A stretch of 54,825 nucleotides of DNA, the filler included, from Sphacelaria rigidula (lineage: Eukaryota), in NCBI GenBank assembly GCA_964200075.2. It is 5 parts of 5 records of this genome, joined end to end, with 100 filler letters (N's around TTAATTAATTAA, not from the genome) between each part and the next. Parts side by side here need not be neighbours in the genome. Positions count along the whole stretch, not along the records: positions 10,986 to 21,870 come from CAXNAA020005736.1; positions 21,971 to 32,855 come from CAXNAA020005737.1; 3 more parts are not named here. The stretch is one strand, 5' to 3'. Shown one piece after another: positions 12,030 through 24,441 of this stretch; the first letter of the stretch is position 1, and every line of letters starts with the position of its first letter. A program made the translations under genes and the position numbers. Below the pieces are notes generated by a model. The model searched no databases. It was not told the origin of the DNA and saw only the letters and a program-made list of their open reading frames with translations.

Positions 12030-12380
12030 GCCGGTCGCCCCGGTGGCTCAGTTGGTAACCTCGAGACCTTCTGACGGTCAGATCGTGGGTTCGAATTTCG
12101 GTGCAGTGACAAGATCTGGATTTTTTCTCGCACTATGCCCGACAGTGAAGAGCGACCATGTCGTGGGTACACACTATTCGACTTCACGGTTGACGAGAGA
12201 AAGGAACCGCTGAACTCCGTTTGCGATAAAAAAAAAAGGCAAGCACCGCAGAAGGATCGTGGAGAACTAAAAATAAAAATCCTGTGTTGGCCCTCCTCTG
12301 TGACCCCGGCTGATGCACCCACATATACCGAAAGGTGTAAACTGGCGTCGAGAATAGATGGGATGACAACACACAACACA
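12030..12380 (+). mobile_element. tRNA-derived SINE
   Basis: Head GCCGGTCGCCCCGGTGGCTCAGTTGG (A box) ... GGTTCGAATTT (B box), non-tRNA body and simple-repeat tail (ACAACACACAACACA). A homologous copy lies at 29380-29640. Confidence 0.8.
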
Positions 12381-12748
12381 CATGGGTACTGTCGATTCGA
12401 GAGTATCGCTCAGTTCGCCATCAGGTCTTGACTGGAACGACACCGCTTCCTGATTACTGCCGAGATAGTCCCCCCCGAAGCGGCCAAAAAAGTGCACGGA
12501 GGCATCATAACTGCCGTTAAAGCTGGTTTCGTGCTGCGCAACGCGACTCATTTGGGCGCTATAGCTGATTTCGGACTGTCACATGCCTCTCATGTGCGTG
12601 TTATAGCTGCAAAAGAGCCAAATAGTGGGATCGCAGCCGGTTAGTCGGACGGTCTCCGGTGGACTTTTTGTGGGAAGCTATCTTAGCATTAGTCTCCTCT
12701 CTTGTAAGTGTTTCTCTAATAACTGTCGCATCACGCTGTGTGACGCAC

Positions 12749-12880
12749 CTCGTCGTCCTCATCCATATCACCCGTCTCACTACTCCTGTCTTCGTCTTCT
12801 TCCCAGCGCCCCTTGGCAACCGCCCCGGCATTGACGGTGACGAAGTCCATGGAATCCCGCTCGGGCAGTTCCTTCATAAC
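12749..12880 (-). CDS. GNL3: GNL3/nucleostemin-like GTPase, last visible exon (VMKELPERDSMDF...DMDEDDE)
   Basis: CAG acceptor, in phase with the previous exon, acidic C-terminal character. Ends at a GTGCGT donor, or reads through to the TGA at 12731. Confidence 0.7.
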
Positions 12881-14045
12881 CTGTGTTCGGAAACATGAAA
12901 CAACCAACGAAGAAATTGACAGAAAAGACGGAACGTCACATTTTCGACACATCAACAAAATCGGTCTGGATAGGTCCTGTCAAAAATCCTCCGGGAAGCA
13001 ATAGGAAACAATAAAAAAAACAGCACCAGTTGATTTGAACAGGTAGATTCCAACATGCAGAAGAGAAACGCTGCGTCTTTTTGTTTTGTTTTTTTTATTG
13101 GGGGAGAGGGCATGCGCAAGGGTTTCCAAATGATAAATCTCGCAACCAAAAATGACGGCCCATGGTTCGGCTTCGAGGGCTGTGAGTGCAATGGATGTCC
13201 TCTGTCGGTGCCCGCCCTATACGGTCCCCCGGTGGAGTGCAGTACTCCCCAACCGCCCGGCAATGATACTGGAATAGTGAACGAGTGGGATACCCTTCAA
13301 CTCTCTTCTCACAGCACACTTCTCTCCTATGCAGGCGATCGATCCTGCCTGCCGTGTACGAAATACCCCCCCCCCCTCCCCCCCCGGCCCCTCTACTGTA
13401 CAATAATCAATAGGTACGAGAGTAGTGAAGAGGCGTTATCCAAATCAGTCCCGTCAGCGAGGGGTTTGGTGAAGTCACGCGTGACCCCCTCCCCCCAAGT
13501 CTCGAAATCTCGAGGAAAAAAAAACGTTGGCAGTTGGAAACGGGACCACTAGACTAGCTCACCGATTGGTAGTTTGTGAAATCTATCCAATGCCGCCCTT
13601 GCACTGGTGGAAATTATCCCGCTTAATGATGGATGCGTCCTGCTTCCACCTTCACCCCGCCATCCCTTGTTCTGAGGTTGGGCCGAGGGCCCCGGGGCAC
13701 GTCTTACACAATACCTTCCCCCCGAACAACTCCACGCGGAGGGTATGATCGTACTACGCAGTGTTTGAATAGTGGGACACCCATGAGACAGCGTAAGCCA
13801 TGGCTGTTTGGGGAAATGGCGATATCAGAAAACGAAGCGACTCACTCGAGGCTAATCCATGGCTACGTTGTAGAATACTGTTTTCGGACATCTTGAACCA
13901 GAAGCTCCGCATGCATCTAATCACGTACTACACTTCCGCACAAAGCCCCTTGCCGGGCTTCGTGGGGATGCGACACCAGCGGTCTTACGACTACGGCATG
14001 AAAAAAAAAAAAAACATCATGAGTACACCTCCCCCCTCGTCACAC

Positions 14046-14327
14046 CTCAGCATCCCCCTTATCGACATCGAAATCCTCGCCGAAGCCTTCCACGAACATC
14101 GCCTCCGCTGCTTTGGCGCCTGCAGCGCCCCCGCCGGACAAGGCCCCCTTGTCCTCGGGGGGCAAGGTGTAAAATGGCACCCTGCCGCAGTTCCAATCCC
14201 TCAGAACCACCTTCGCCGCCTGCACGCGATCGGGCAGGCCCCCCTTCCTGAGCTTTCCAATTTTCCTAGCGACAAGCGACAAAAACGCCACTGGGTCGTC
14301 CGGGTCGAAACGCGGGATGCTGTACAC
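14046..14327 (-). CDS. GNL3: GNL3/nucleostemin-like GTPase exon (VYSIPRF...GKLRKGGLPD...VLRDWNCGRVPFYTLPP...)
   Basis: Conserved C-terminal motif KGGxPD...DWNxGxxPxYTxPP of the GNL3/Nug1 family. AG/GT boundaries, 282 bp. Confidence 0.92.
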
Positions 14328-15391
14328 CTGTGCGCAGATAAAGGTAGGGAGGGGGTGAGCAAGGTGGACGGGTTTAAAACGTGGCGTGTCGGCGGGGTAA
14401 CGGGTGGACGGGGAAACAGGAGACAGGGCGCAGTGGCGTAGTGGGGGGCAGGTAAACGGGGTAATAGGTGGCGGGTCGACTAGCTCCACGATGACCTTCA
14501 GACAAGTTGTAGTTGGGAATGCTAGTACGAACGAATCATCAAGGATCAACTATTTTCGATGTCGGGGTGACAGACCCACCGACCGATTGACTTGACAAGA
14601 GCTTTCCGGAATGAAAAAAATAACCAAAATCACGTCAAACACATCAATCCACGCCTTAATACGCCTCAACACCACCAGCACCACCACTCGCCCCGCCCCT
14701 CCCCCCAATTTGTAGACCACGGACAATATGCACAAACGTCAAGGAGGAGCAGGGAGACTGCGCAACGGGGTGTCTTCCCATCTTTCCTGCCGACACGCTT
14801 TACGGTCTATGTATATGACACAAGTACTGTACCACGACATACAAGTCGAGAGTAGGCTACGCAGTAAAACTCGTATCATCGTCTCTTCTTTTCTTGGCAT
14901 CTACCTACCGTTACACGTCGAAATACGCACACAACACACAAGTCACGCAACCACGAAACTGTGCTCGAAAACAAAAAACGATTATGAATAAAAATAAAAA
15001 ACAAAAAGGGTGTGAAGTAATGTGATCGACAACGTCACCCCCACAATCACAGATAATTGTGAAGCGACATCATCGCACGCTGAATATCAAGACATGACAA
15101 CACCGCAGGGGGAATGTGAAGCAAATGATAAGTCTTCAACACAAACAACAAACAATCCGAAACCTCCTACGATACGAAAAAATTTGCCCACAATCATCAT
15201 CACCATCCCCATCATCCTCTCATCATCCATCAAGCTAGGGTACGCCCATGACTATAAACAAAACTGCCACACCTCCAAAACATGGAGAAACTCTCGACAG
15301 ACACATATGTACTTGAGGATGTACATTTTCAAGACTCAGCTAACGTGGACACAAACACACGTGACTAAGGACTGTATTCACAAGAGCTCGC

Positions 15392-15544
15392 CTGCATAAG
15401 CTGTGCGACCTGGCATCGCTTGAGCACAGCCGCCACCGCCGGAGTTGGATCTTCCATAGCTTCCGCGTTCACGCAGTTTCTCAACAGCGTGGCCCCAGCG
15501 TCAGAGTCGTCGAACACGATACCCGGGCAATCCAACAGCTTCAC
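15392..15544 (-). CDS. GNL3: GNL3/nucleostemin-like GTPase exon with G3 motif (VKLLDCPGIVF...LMQ)
   Basis: DxPG G3 motif, 153 bp, CAG acceptor. The donor is probably non-canonical GC (CAG|GCGAG). Confidence 0.9.
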
Positions 15545-15702
15545 CTGACACCGCGCGTTTGGCGTTGAGCTCCAGGATTTCAGCTTCTTAGTTTGTTTTT
15601 TTTTTGGGGGGGGGGCGGGTGTGGATATGTGTTTCACGCACAAGGTTACGGTATGCGTGCGAAAGGTTCATTCATTTAACTTCGTTATTTCTAGGTTCTG
15701 CC

Positions 15703-15740
<38 letters not shown>

Positions 15741-16119
15741 GCTCTGGTGGTGGTGAGTTTTAAAATTTTTACCAACTTTTGCACCCCCACCCGACCCGCA
15801 TGTGGCTGAATCGGTGTACTTACGGACCTGCACTGCCCGACGATACTACACGATTGTGGCGGGTCACCTTGCCTCAGCGAAATTCGTCACACAAAATATA
15901 AATTATGTCAGATCAGATCAGACCAGATCAGATCAGATCGGAATGAAAGAGACCAGATGAACATTGTCGAGCAAAGTAAAAAAACAAAGGAAAACGAAAA
16001 AAAATCCGAGACCGGATTTACTTCTTCTGCTGGACGACTTGCTTTTCGTGCAGAACTACGCCTGCAGCGCAATCAGTGTAACCGCAACGACTCGTGATGT
16101 CACCGTGCAAAGATCTCAC

Positions 16120-16192
16120 CGTTTTGTCGAGGTGAATTTCCTGCATGGACTTCGTGAACCCCGGGGTCGATGATACACCCACTGCTTTAGAC
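16120..16192 (-). CDS. GNL3: GNL3/nucleostemin-like GTPase exon with G2 motif (SKAVGVSSTPGFTKSMQEIHLDKT)
   Basis: PGxTK G2 motif. 73 bp, completing the phase-2 codon of the previous exon. AG/GT boundaries. Confidence 0.93.
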
Positions 16193-16534
16193 CTGATCAT
16201 ATTTCAGAGGCAGCAAGCAGCATACGGGTACAAAATGCCGATGAATATAATCACATATATGTTTTACTCCAACGACAGCAGGCGTGCGCGCGGTAAAACT
16301 CAACACCACAGAAATGGATCTCGATTGAGGTCGCGGTCGAGGATTATGCATAATACTGAGTGCTGACACACGATGTCGAGTACTACTGCAGACAACACGA
16401 TTCACCACACACCCTGCTCCACTGCACTGCGAGTACACACAGAGACGAGCTGTACAGTTAGACGCCAATAGATAAAGGAGACAACACGCGGCAAAAGAAC
16501 AAGGTTCCTTCTTCTGAAATTTACTGCTTTTCAC

Positions 16535-16713
16535 CTCTTCAGAGAGTTGATGAGGGAAGATTTTCCGACATTGGGGTATCCGATAACGCCCACAGTGATG
16601 GCCGTCTTCAGGTTGAGGCTGCGGCAGTAGTTCTTGAGCACTCCCATCAACGCCTCCGTCCCTACCGCACCCGAGCGGTTCAGCATTCCGTCTGCAGCCT
16701 TGTCGGCCGAGCC
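16535..16713 (-). CDS. GNL3: GNL3/nucleostemin-like GTPase exon with G1 P-loop ([19 protein letters not shown])
   Basis: GxPNVGKSS G1 motif preceded by LKNYCR..., AG/GT boundaries. Confidence 0.95.
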
Positions 16714-16781
16714 CTGCAGAATGGGGGGGGGGAAAACGTAGTAAACGAAGAAAACCAACAAAAAGATAATTAAATGAACGG

Positions 16782-16818
<37 letters not shown>

Positions 16819-17511
16819 CAATGGTACGAAGACGCAATGACTTGTTCCATTGAATGACTGAATGATTGAATAACTGAATAAATTTGATTTGAACAATGAA
16901 TGCATGAGACCACGCCTGGACCCCTGGGGGGTTAGTCAAAGTGCGACAATCAATCACTCAATCAATCGATGAAGCAATGGAATGAATCAGTGGGAGCTGG
17001 GCTGGACTGTATTGTATCGTTGACATGTGATCATTCCGGCCGGGAGAATGAATCCGCTTCCGTCCACCATTGTCTGCCTCGAAAATGATGAAAATATTTA
17101 GGTACGACGTCGTTGGAATATATATTTTTAATCTTCACCACTCTTCCTTGGCTAAGGCTTCCGATACACGAGCACTACTCACCGGGTCAATAACAGCCCC
17201 GACGACGTTTGTCATGCATACAACATGAAATTAATATACCTGAATTGACTGCATTCGCAGAGAGTAAAATACCGACACGGCTTCGTTCGTGATGCAGTCG
17301 AATTCTGCTTCAGCCAGAGTTGTCATTCATTGAAAACATCCCATTCATCACTCGGCTTCTATTTATTACGCTAGCACGGTTTCACAAAATAATAATGACC
17401 CATTATTATTTTCAAGACAAACGATTATTTTCAAAAACCGTGCTCGCACAATAAGCAGAAGCCTACTTATTCATCACACCATCACATCAGTGGAACATGA
17501 CCATATACCAC

Positions 17512-17631
17512 CTTGGTTTGCTTGATGGACGAGGCGTTCTCCTGCGTAGACGCCTTGAAGGCGATGGCCGGGAAGGACCGCCTGAGGTACTTTAGCCATT
17601 TCGCTACCGCTTCTTTGGGTACCAGGTCTAC
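17512..17631 (-). CDS. GNL3: GNL3/nucleostemin-like GTPase exon (VDLVPKEAVAKWLKYLRRSFPAIAFKASTQ...)
   Basis: Completes the G4 motif NKxD and the WLxYLR...FKAS motif. 120 bp, phase 0. Confidence 0.93.
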
Positions 17632-18775
17632 CTGTGTTTCGGGGTCACACACGAATGAATCCATACAGATAGAGACAAAAGGCAGACGGGGAAAAAACAG
17701 AGACAAAAAATAAAAATAAATACATGGAGAAAGACAGGCCAAGTCGGTAATGTTGTCAGACAACGTAGAGTTTGGCAAAACAATATTGAGAATAGGAAAG
17801 CATACACATACACATACACATACACACACATACACACAAACCGTAGATGAACAGACAGGCGAGGAAAGACGAATACATGATACACGGATCCGGGGCGACA
17901 AAAAAACAACAACAAAAAACGTTGTAAAACCACAACAGCTTGTCTTCCCCCCAAACGGTCTCGAAAATACGTACAGTGTTACTCTTGAAGCCACCCGAAA
18001 AGATCTTACTGGATAGTATATCGGGGGAGAGATCGGTTGATTCCTTCACACCATTAGACAACGGACTGTCCCAAAGGACGGGAGGAGTTAGAAGTGAGGA
18101 CCAATATATACATAGATATGATGAAGCTCGTCACATCGACACATCGAGGTTGTGATTGACGACACACCAGAAACCAAAGCAACTACTACTACTGTAGCCA
18201 GCACTTGACGCACCAAATACATACAACAAAAGCGTAAGTGTTGGGTTGGGTTTCCTCCTTCCATCAAGGAAAAAAAAAAAAAAGCGTCAACACCCAACTC
18301 TTCGGTTATCATTTCCTCGAACCTCGACTTTTCTCTTGTCACCCTGTGACCAAGGTGGAGTATCTATTGAATAAGCATGTCCACCCCGGAAATGAATGAA
18401 TTCGAGACTCAGACGACTAACCCATCCTTGCGGTCGAAAGGTCAAAACATGATCGAAAAGGTGAAAGCAAAACAAGTCGAACGGGAAACGAGAGACAACA
18501 AGCGATATTAAAAATGATTAAACCCCAGCAGTACGACAAAAAATAATAATAATCAGAAAAGTAAACAAATACTAAAACAAATAAATGAAGGAAGGAACTG
18601 ACAGAACCATTTGATCATCAGAGACCAACACCAAAAGCATGTAAATCCGAAAAAAGTACAAGTCAAACAAACAAAACAAGAGGTTGCGAGAAAGAAAAAA
18701 AAACAAGAAGAAATAGGACGCCAACAGTCATCACTTCCATACCGTACACGATGAACAGCCTCCTCTCCTCGTCAC

Positions 18776-18904
18776 CTTGTTAAGAACCAGGACAAGCTTC
18801 TTCCCCGGCTTGGACAACACAGCACCCTCCACGGACTCCGCACGACTGCCCAAGGGATCGCGGGCATCCAACACTTCAAGAATCACGTCAGCCGTCTCCA
18901 CCAC
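18776..18904 (-). CDS. GNL3: GNL3/nucleostemin-like GTPase exon ([21 protein letters not shown]...LVLVLNK)
   Basis: Translated by hand (not in the ORF track). DARDP and LNK motifs of circularly permuted GTPases. 129 bp, TAG acceptor, GT donor. Confidence 0.93.
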
Positions 18905-20760
18905 CTAATCAACACACACATACACACCAGAAGAATGAGGCCGCACAACAACACGCATCGTACATACATTCATGACATACAGATTCGGTCAAGCGGTGGA
19001 TGTCCATGTTGGCGAAAAAGCTTTAATACGCCCCCGTCCGGACAGCCTATATGTAACAAAAAAAAAAAAAACAGGCCGGTTGTTTCGAGCGAAGGTGAAG
19101 CATTTCTAGTCGTGATTCTTTTTCTTGCTTGCGCGAGAAGCTCACTCGTCTGAACTGCGAAGGAATCTTTTCGAGTCCATGGTGTCCATGGACCATGTCA
19201 CTTCGTTTCGTTTTCACGACTGCTCCTTCAAAGCCTTGCTCTTTTTTTATATTATGGAGGCGTTTTACAGCGATAATAATTCATCATCTGCGACGTCAAT
19301 CGGAGACGGTCATCCTCTAACCCTTGGACAGCGAAGAATGGATCATCTGCTGAATCGGCATCATTTTCACTTGAAAAGTTGATGCGTAGACCAGATGGCC
19401 TACCCTCGCGGTCGAAAGGTTATGGCCTAAAATATGCTGGGACCAGAGGAACAGACGTCCTTGGGGAGAGAGGTTTGCACGTCAGCACGGATACGTGGCG
19501 CTACAGACCAGTCACCGCGCATTTGGCAGCCGGATGGTGAAGGATGCAACATCACTGCGGAAAAGAGAAGCGTTTACTGCATCATATGCATTCCGTCACG
19601 GCAATACCCGACCAAGTTAACACTTTGTATGTTCCTAGTGGCAGTGCAACGAGTACTGTAGTATACTGACTGTACGGTGCGAACCCCGCCTGGGCAGGGC
19701 TAGAATACCCGCGATCCATCCGTGAAAAAATACATCAAGGTGCAACTTGCACTCTGTCCTACGTTCTGGAACCAAGGGAAAAAAAAAACTCGGCAAAAGG
19801 ACGATCACGCGCCTGTCAGAGAAAGGTGAATATCTTCACGTGGGATTATGTCACCGAATAATACCCGGTTAATATCCAATTGATTCTGATAGTAAAAAGT
19901 ATGGCAACCGCTCCTGCCAACATCAGACCGTCGTGGTAACCTCCATGCCAAGTCTGGCCCTGTGAGGGAGGAGACGTTGCCCCCTGCCCGAACAGGTCTG
20001 CAGTGGTCCTTGACGGAAGACACTCTTCTCTTTGGCTACGTTATGCGGCCACGTCTTGATCGACACGGCCTACAAGACCCGAGGGCATCTGCCTTCAACA
20101 TATGGAGAACCTTAACTGGTGGTTATTTCCCGTCTTGGTGCCAGCCTCGACCGACAGGGGGCCGACTTTGACAACAAGGATGGCAACATTAACCCCTGCC
20201 TCCGCGCGGATTTGACATCATTACTCTCTAGAATTGTCATTGGAAAATGTTCTAGTTTCCGGAATCACCGCAGCATCGTGCATAATCATCATTTGTAAAC
20301 CACGCAGCGCACAAAACGCCTTGGGTCGCCGGAAACTGCTGCATCAACACCGACTACCTGCGGCTTCAACCCACACATACGTCAAGTTTCAACATCATCA
20401 GACGCCAGGTATGCTGTGGTGGGGCGCCTAATCTATAAAAATACCGCCTCCATATTATTGAAACGGAACAACCCCGTTCAGGTCAGCATAGATCCTGGTC
20501 GTTTTATGTAGCCGAAGCGCTACATGACAGTGTGCTAGCCGACTAGCTCACTGTGTCGGGGACCCCGTGAATGCGTACCAACATCTCCAAAACGAGGACC
20601 TTTTTCGAAAGAAGGCCGGAGCTGGAAATACCAGGATAGTACACAAATATTTTTCGAGCTGAAACTTGTCTTGTAGAATGCACACGTTAACGTACACGTA
20701 CAGAAGGTGCAGTGAATCGGGGTCCCATGACTCACTCTACTGTTGAACGAACAGGCACAC

Positions 20761-20838
20761 CTTTTTGAGTTCTCGGAAATACGCTCGCCTGGAGCTCTGG
20801 CCGTGCCGTACGTGCTTATCTTCGTCCTGGTGTTCCTC
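20761..20838 (-). CDS. GNL3: GNL3/nucleostemin-like GTPase, first visible exon (EEHQDEDKHVRHGQSSRRAYFRELKK); N-terminal exons not found in this segment
   Basis: RAYFRELKK joins VVETADV to give the family motif (Y)xxExxKVxxxxDV. 78 bp, AG/GT boundaries. Confidence 0.88.
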
Positions 20839-21870
20839 CTGTGGTGGATCATGACGAGAAAACACCAATAAATGGAGAAAAATCCAAAGCACGGAATTTT
20901 GTGATGGATCATGACGCAACACCACACGAAGCGAGGCAGCCGGAAACACGAGCGAGATGAAAGGCGAAACACGGGGAACCTTTGCGATGAATCGTGACAA
21001 AAAATAGAGATATGCAGAGAAGACGGACAGATGGAGCACAGAGCGTAATTTAGTTGGCGGCGGAGGGGAGGGTAGGGTTGACGGAGGTGGTAAATAGTGT
21101 CGATGTCACCCCTGAACACTAAATGACAACGGTAGAAAGTGTACTATGAGGGTCTGTCGGGAAAAGATTTCACGGTTAGGACAGATCAAGATTTATACGA
21201 GTTGACTCCTCACGACATGACAGGGGTCTGTCTACCTGTATTCAAGTGTTGGTCCCGCATGTACCCAACGGTGAATAATATATGCAGCACAGTCATCTCA
21301 ACCGCATACATACTGGGAGAAAAGTACGACCGATGCAAAACCCATGTCGTGAGAGGATTCAACCATGTGCCGACTCTTTGTCCCGCACGGAGACATACGC
21401 ATGACATAGATGTAGATATCATTCACGCCTCATGGTAAGTGTGGCTGGCATGTACAACCGATCCATTCCGCATTTTTCTACAGGGGGTCAGCATGTGTTC
21501 ATAACCTACCCCCTATGACCCAAAGGGTAGGAAACAGGTACTGTTGACAGTGTGCTGCACGACAAAAGAGCTCGAAACCTGTACGAATTACAAATGATGT
21601 ACGACTCGTATGGTTTATTCGTTGGGATGACGAACTTGATCCCATAAATGTATTCATGGTGAGTGATGAGCTTGGGGGGGGGTGGGGGGGGGGGGCGTGT
21701 CCACCATCTAACCGGTCTCCATGCCAAGGATCGTTGCACACGGCAGCTGACCGCATCCGCCAACGCCTCGGCAATAAACTAAGGGACAGCAGGCTGGGTG
21801 TCCCCCCCACCCCCCCCCCCCCCCGCACAAACCATTTCCTTATAAGGCACACGCGCCTCATGCCGTACCT

Positions 21871-21970
21871 NNNNNNNNNNNNNNNNNNNNNNNNNNNNNN
21901 NNNNNNNNNNNNNNTTAATTAATTAANNNNNNNNNNNNNNNNNNNNNNNNNNNNNNNNNNNNNNNNNNNN
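21871..21970. other. Artificial contig spacer
   Basis: 44 N + TTAATTAATTAA + 44 N. Confidence 0.98.
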
Positions 21971-22450
21971 CGGTTTGTACGGCCTGATCGTGGCGAAAGC
22001 GGCCTCGTGTTTCTCGTGTCCAACGCTTGATCGAGAACATGCATGCGACCAGCGATGGTGGCTCACCACCATAGAGAGAGGGGTAGCACAACGTTGCCAA
22101 TCTTCGCTTTGTGATGCAATCATGCATGCCCGGAACTCAATGCGCCCACGTCGGGTTTCGATCATCCCCTGCTGCACAACGATACCGGTGAGTTGCACTC
22201 GACGCGCTTGTGTCCCACCATGCATGCGGTCGTCGAACCGTGACACCGACCCCTTTCACCGCTTCATTACAGCACGAGCGCCTCCTGGGGGGGACCCAGT
22301 GACTTCGTGGTTTCCATACGTGGTCCGCCGAAAACGTGACGCAACCCTTCAAATCTTCGCATACATGAGGTCTACGAAGGGTGCCGCTTGTCACGTGGCC
22401 GATAGCGATCGGAATTTGCATATCCTCGACACTCTTTTCTGATATCTGAG
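21971..22450 (-). pseudogene. Probable Crypton-type (NDC10-II-like) tyrosine recombinase relic
   Basis: Collinear pieces across frameshifts: IAIGHVT...R...EDLKG, LGPPQEALVL, MVGHKRVECNSPVSL, IEF...EDW, LCYPS..., SIKRW. Their order matches Crypton YR motifs as I recall them. Runs off the contig end. Confidence 0.45.
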
Positions 22451-24215
22451 TTTTCAGCGCCCGTGTCATGCTCGCGGTCGTACAAGCGGGGGGACTCGTG
22501 GTCGTGCCGTACGGCGCGTACTCAAGATGATCATGCCTACGGGAAGGGTGCGGTTGGGGGGAACGCACCTCGGCAAGTGTTGGAAACACAGCAAGTTCCG
22601 GCATCGCAAGCGACGCCTCCGCCATCGCAGCCTGTGCGGGGTGAGCGGATGCAGCAACGACGATTGGGGGGAACAGACCAAAAACAGACGAGGTTTAGAG
22701 GAGAAGCGTGATGGTGGTCATGATCGCCACGGGACGAACTCGGGGTGTCGACGCTCCCATCTCGGGGCCGGTGAAACGAATCCAATCCCCACCGTTGGAT
22801 ACCAGGTATCAAGCGGCAAGCGGCAGTCGCACCGAAACACCGAGTCAAAAGCTCTTCAGCAGATTCAGACGGAATCCGTTTGATGGGCATACCTGTTAAC
22901 TGACACTTCAGGTCGCCTCCCTGAGGGCCGTTGGCGTTCACGCACTCTCTGCCGGCGCAGCACTCGTCTTCAGTAACAGGGGTGGTTCTGATCTGACACG
23001 TTTGCGGCCCGTCGATGCAAGCTGCGCATGCACAATGTACGCGATACATTTTCAGGCGTACAGCCGCCCAGAAAATTTGTATTAGTGAACGACCAACATA
23101 TTCGCCATGCTGACCACTGCCCGTGGCACGGGGGACAGATTGTTCGAGTTACTGTTTTTCGCGGTGAAGACTTGTCATGGTTGTACGGGACAGCCGCACG
23201 CCTGCGCGGTTGGATCCGAGAATGATGGAAATGAGCGATCAACTTTACACCGAATCTTCACGTCGAGTGTGTTGAGGTGAACAGCCTTTCAGTGTCGTCT
23301 ACGGTACTGATCAGCCACGGTACAGAGGTATCCGTCTTCACGGGTTGTGACAGTTACATGCGGTGGGATTTGATGTCATAGCAGGCGTATGTCTTGCACC
23401 CACGTACGTGTTTGCTTGTCACGGTGTTGGTCGGAGTAGCCACTCTCAGTCACTTCTTTTCCTTCCCTGACTTGCTTAGTCAAGCTATTATGTAATACTA
23501 CTCTTCTACAACATGATCGGCTCAGCCGTGTTCTCTGATCGACTTCATCAGTCGTGTGTAGCTATCCCTGTTTACGGATCACGTATCAAGGAACAGAGTG
23601 TGCGTACCTCCACATCTTTGATTGATCCCCATAAAGCGACATACTTCGGGAGGCGTGCATCCCGTGAGCGGCGGGCCAATGTTCTGCGTGCACACTGTTC
23701 AGTACGGCCGGGTGACGCGGAACGCACACGCACACAGTGAGACGTTAGCGTTAGATATTCAATCGTCACGAGACGTTCGTGCTTCTGTGTCCGTTGATCC
23801 AAGTAGCTTTGACTACCGCATCCCAATACTTGAGGGTGTCCGTGCAAGGCGCAACAGCGATACGAGAGGACAGCGGTGACTTTGACGATGACACCGCCTT
23901 GCACACCATCAGACGCAAGTCCAACGGACATGGACCATAACCCTCCTAACGGCGGTTGAAGGATACCCGCAACACAACACGCAGGCAAGAAAACATCGAT
24001 TTCTCCGCGTTTACCCACGGCACCAAGACACGCGCAGAGAGGGCATGAGATGGTGAAAGTGCGACGCACAGTCATGGAACCCTCACACTGAACCGGAGCC
24101 TGCAGCAACGAGCCGAGATCTTCATCAACGAACAAAGCTTTGGTTGTTGTTTGGCAAGCACGGCCTATGCGTCACCATTTTCGTGTGTCTTCGCCGCCCG
24201 AGCACGACTGGTCGG

Positions 24216-24441
24216 CTCGGAAAGGAACACGTCCGTCGTATCACTCGGTAAGAACGGCTGCAGAAACCAGTCCTCGGGGGTTCTCATGGGGTTTCATAGA
24301 ATGGCGTGAGCATCCACAGTCGACGAAACTCGGAAAGGAACACGTCCGTCGTATCACTCGGCAAGAACGGCTGCAGAAACCAGTCCTCGGGGGTTCTCAT
24401 GGGGTTTCATAGAATGGCGTGAGCATCCACAGTCAACGAAA
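24216..24441. repeat. Near-perfect 113-bp tandem duplication
   Basis: CTCGGAAAGGAACACGTCCGTCG...CATCCACAGTC(G/A)ACGAAA at 24216 and 24329. Confidence 0.92.

Noticed and set aside
12036-12105. tRNA gene
   Set aside because: A and B boxes are present but there is no convincing cloverleaf, and the sequence continues into a repeat body shared with 29380. It is a SINE head.
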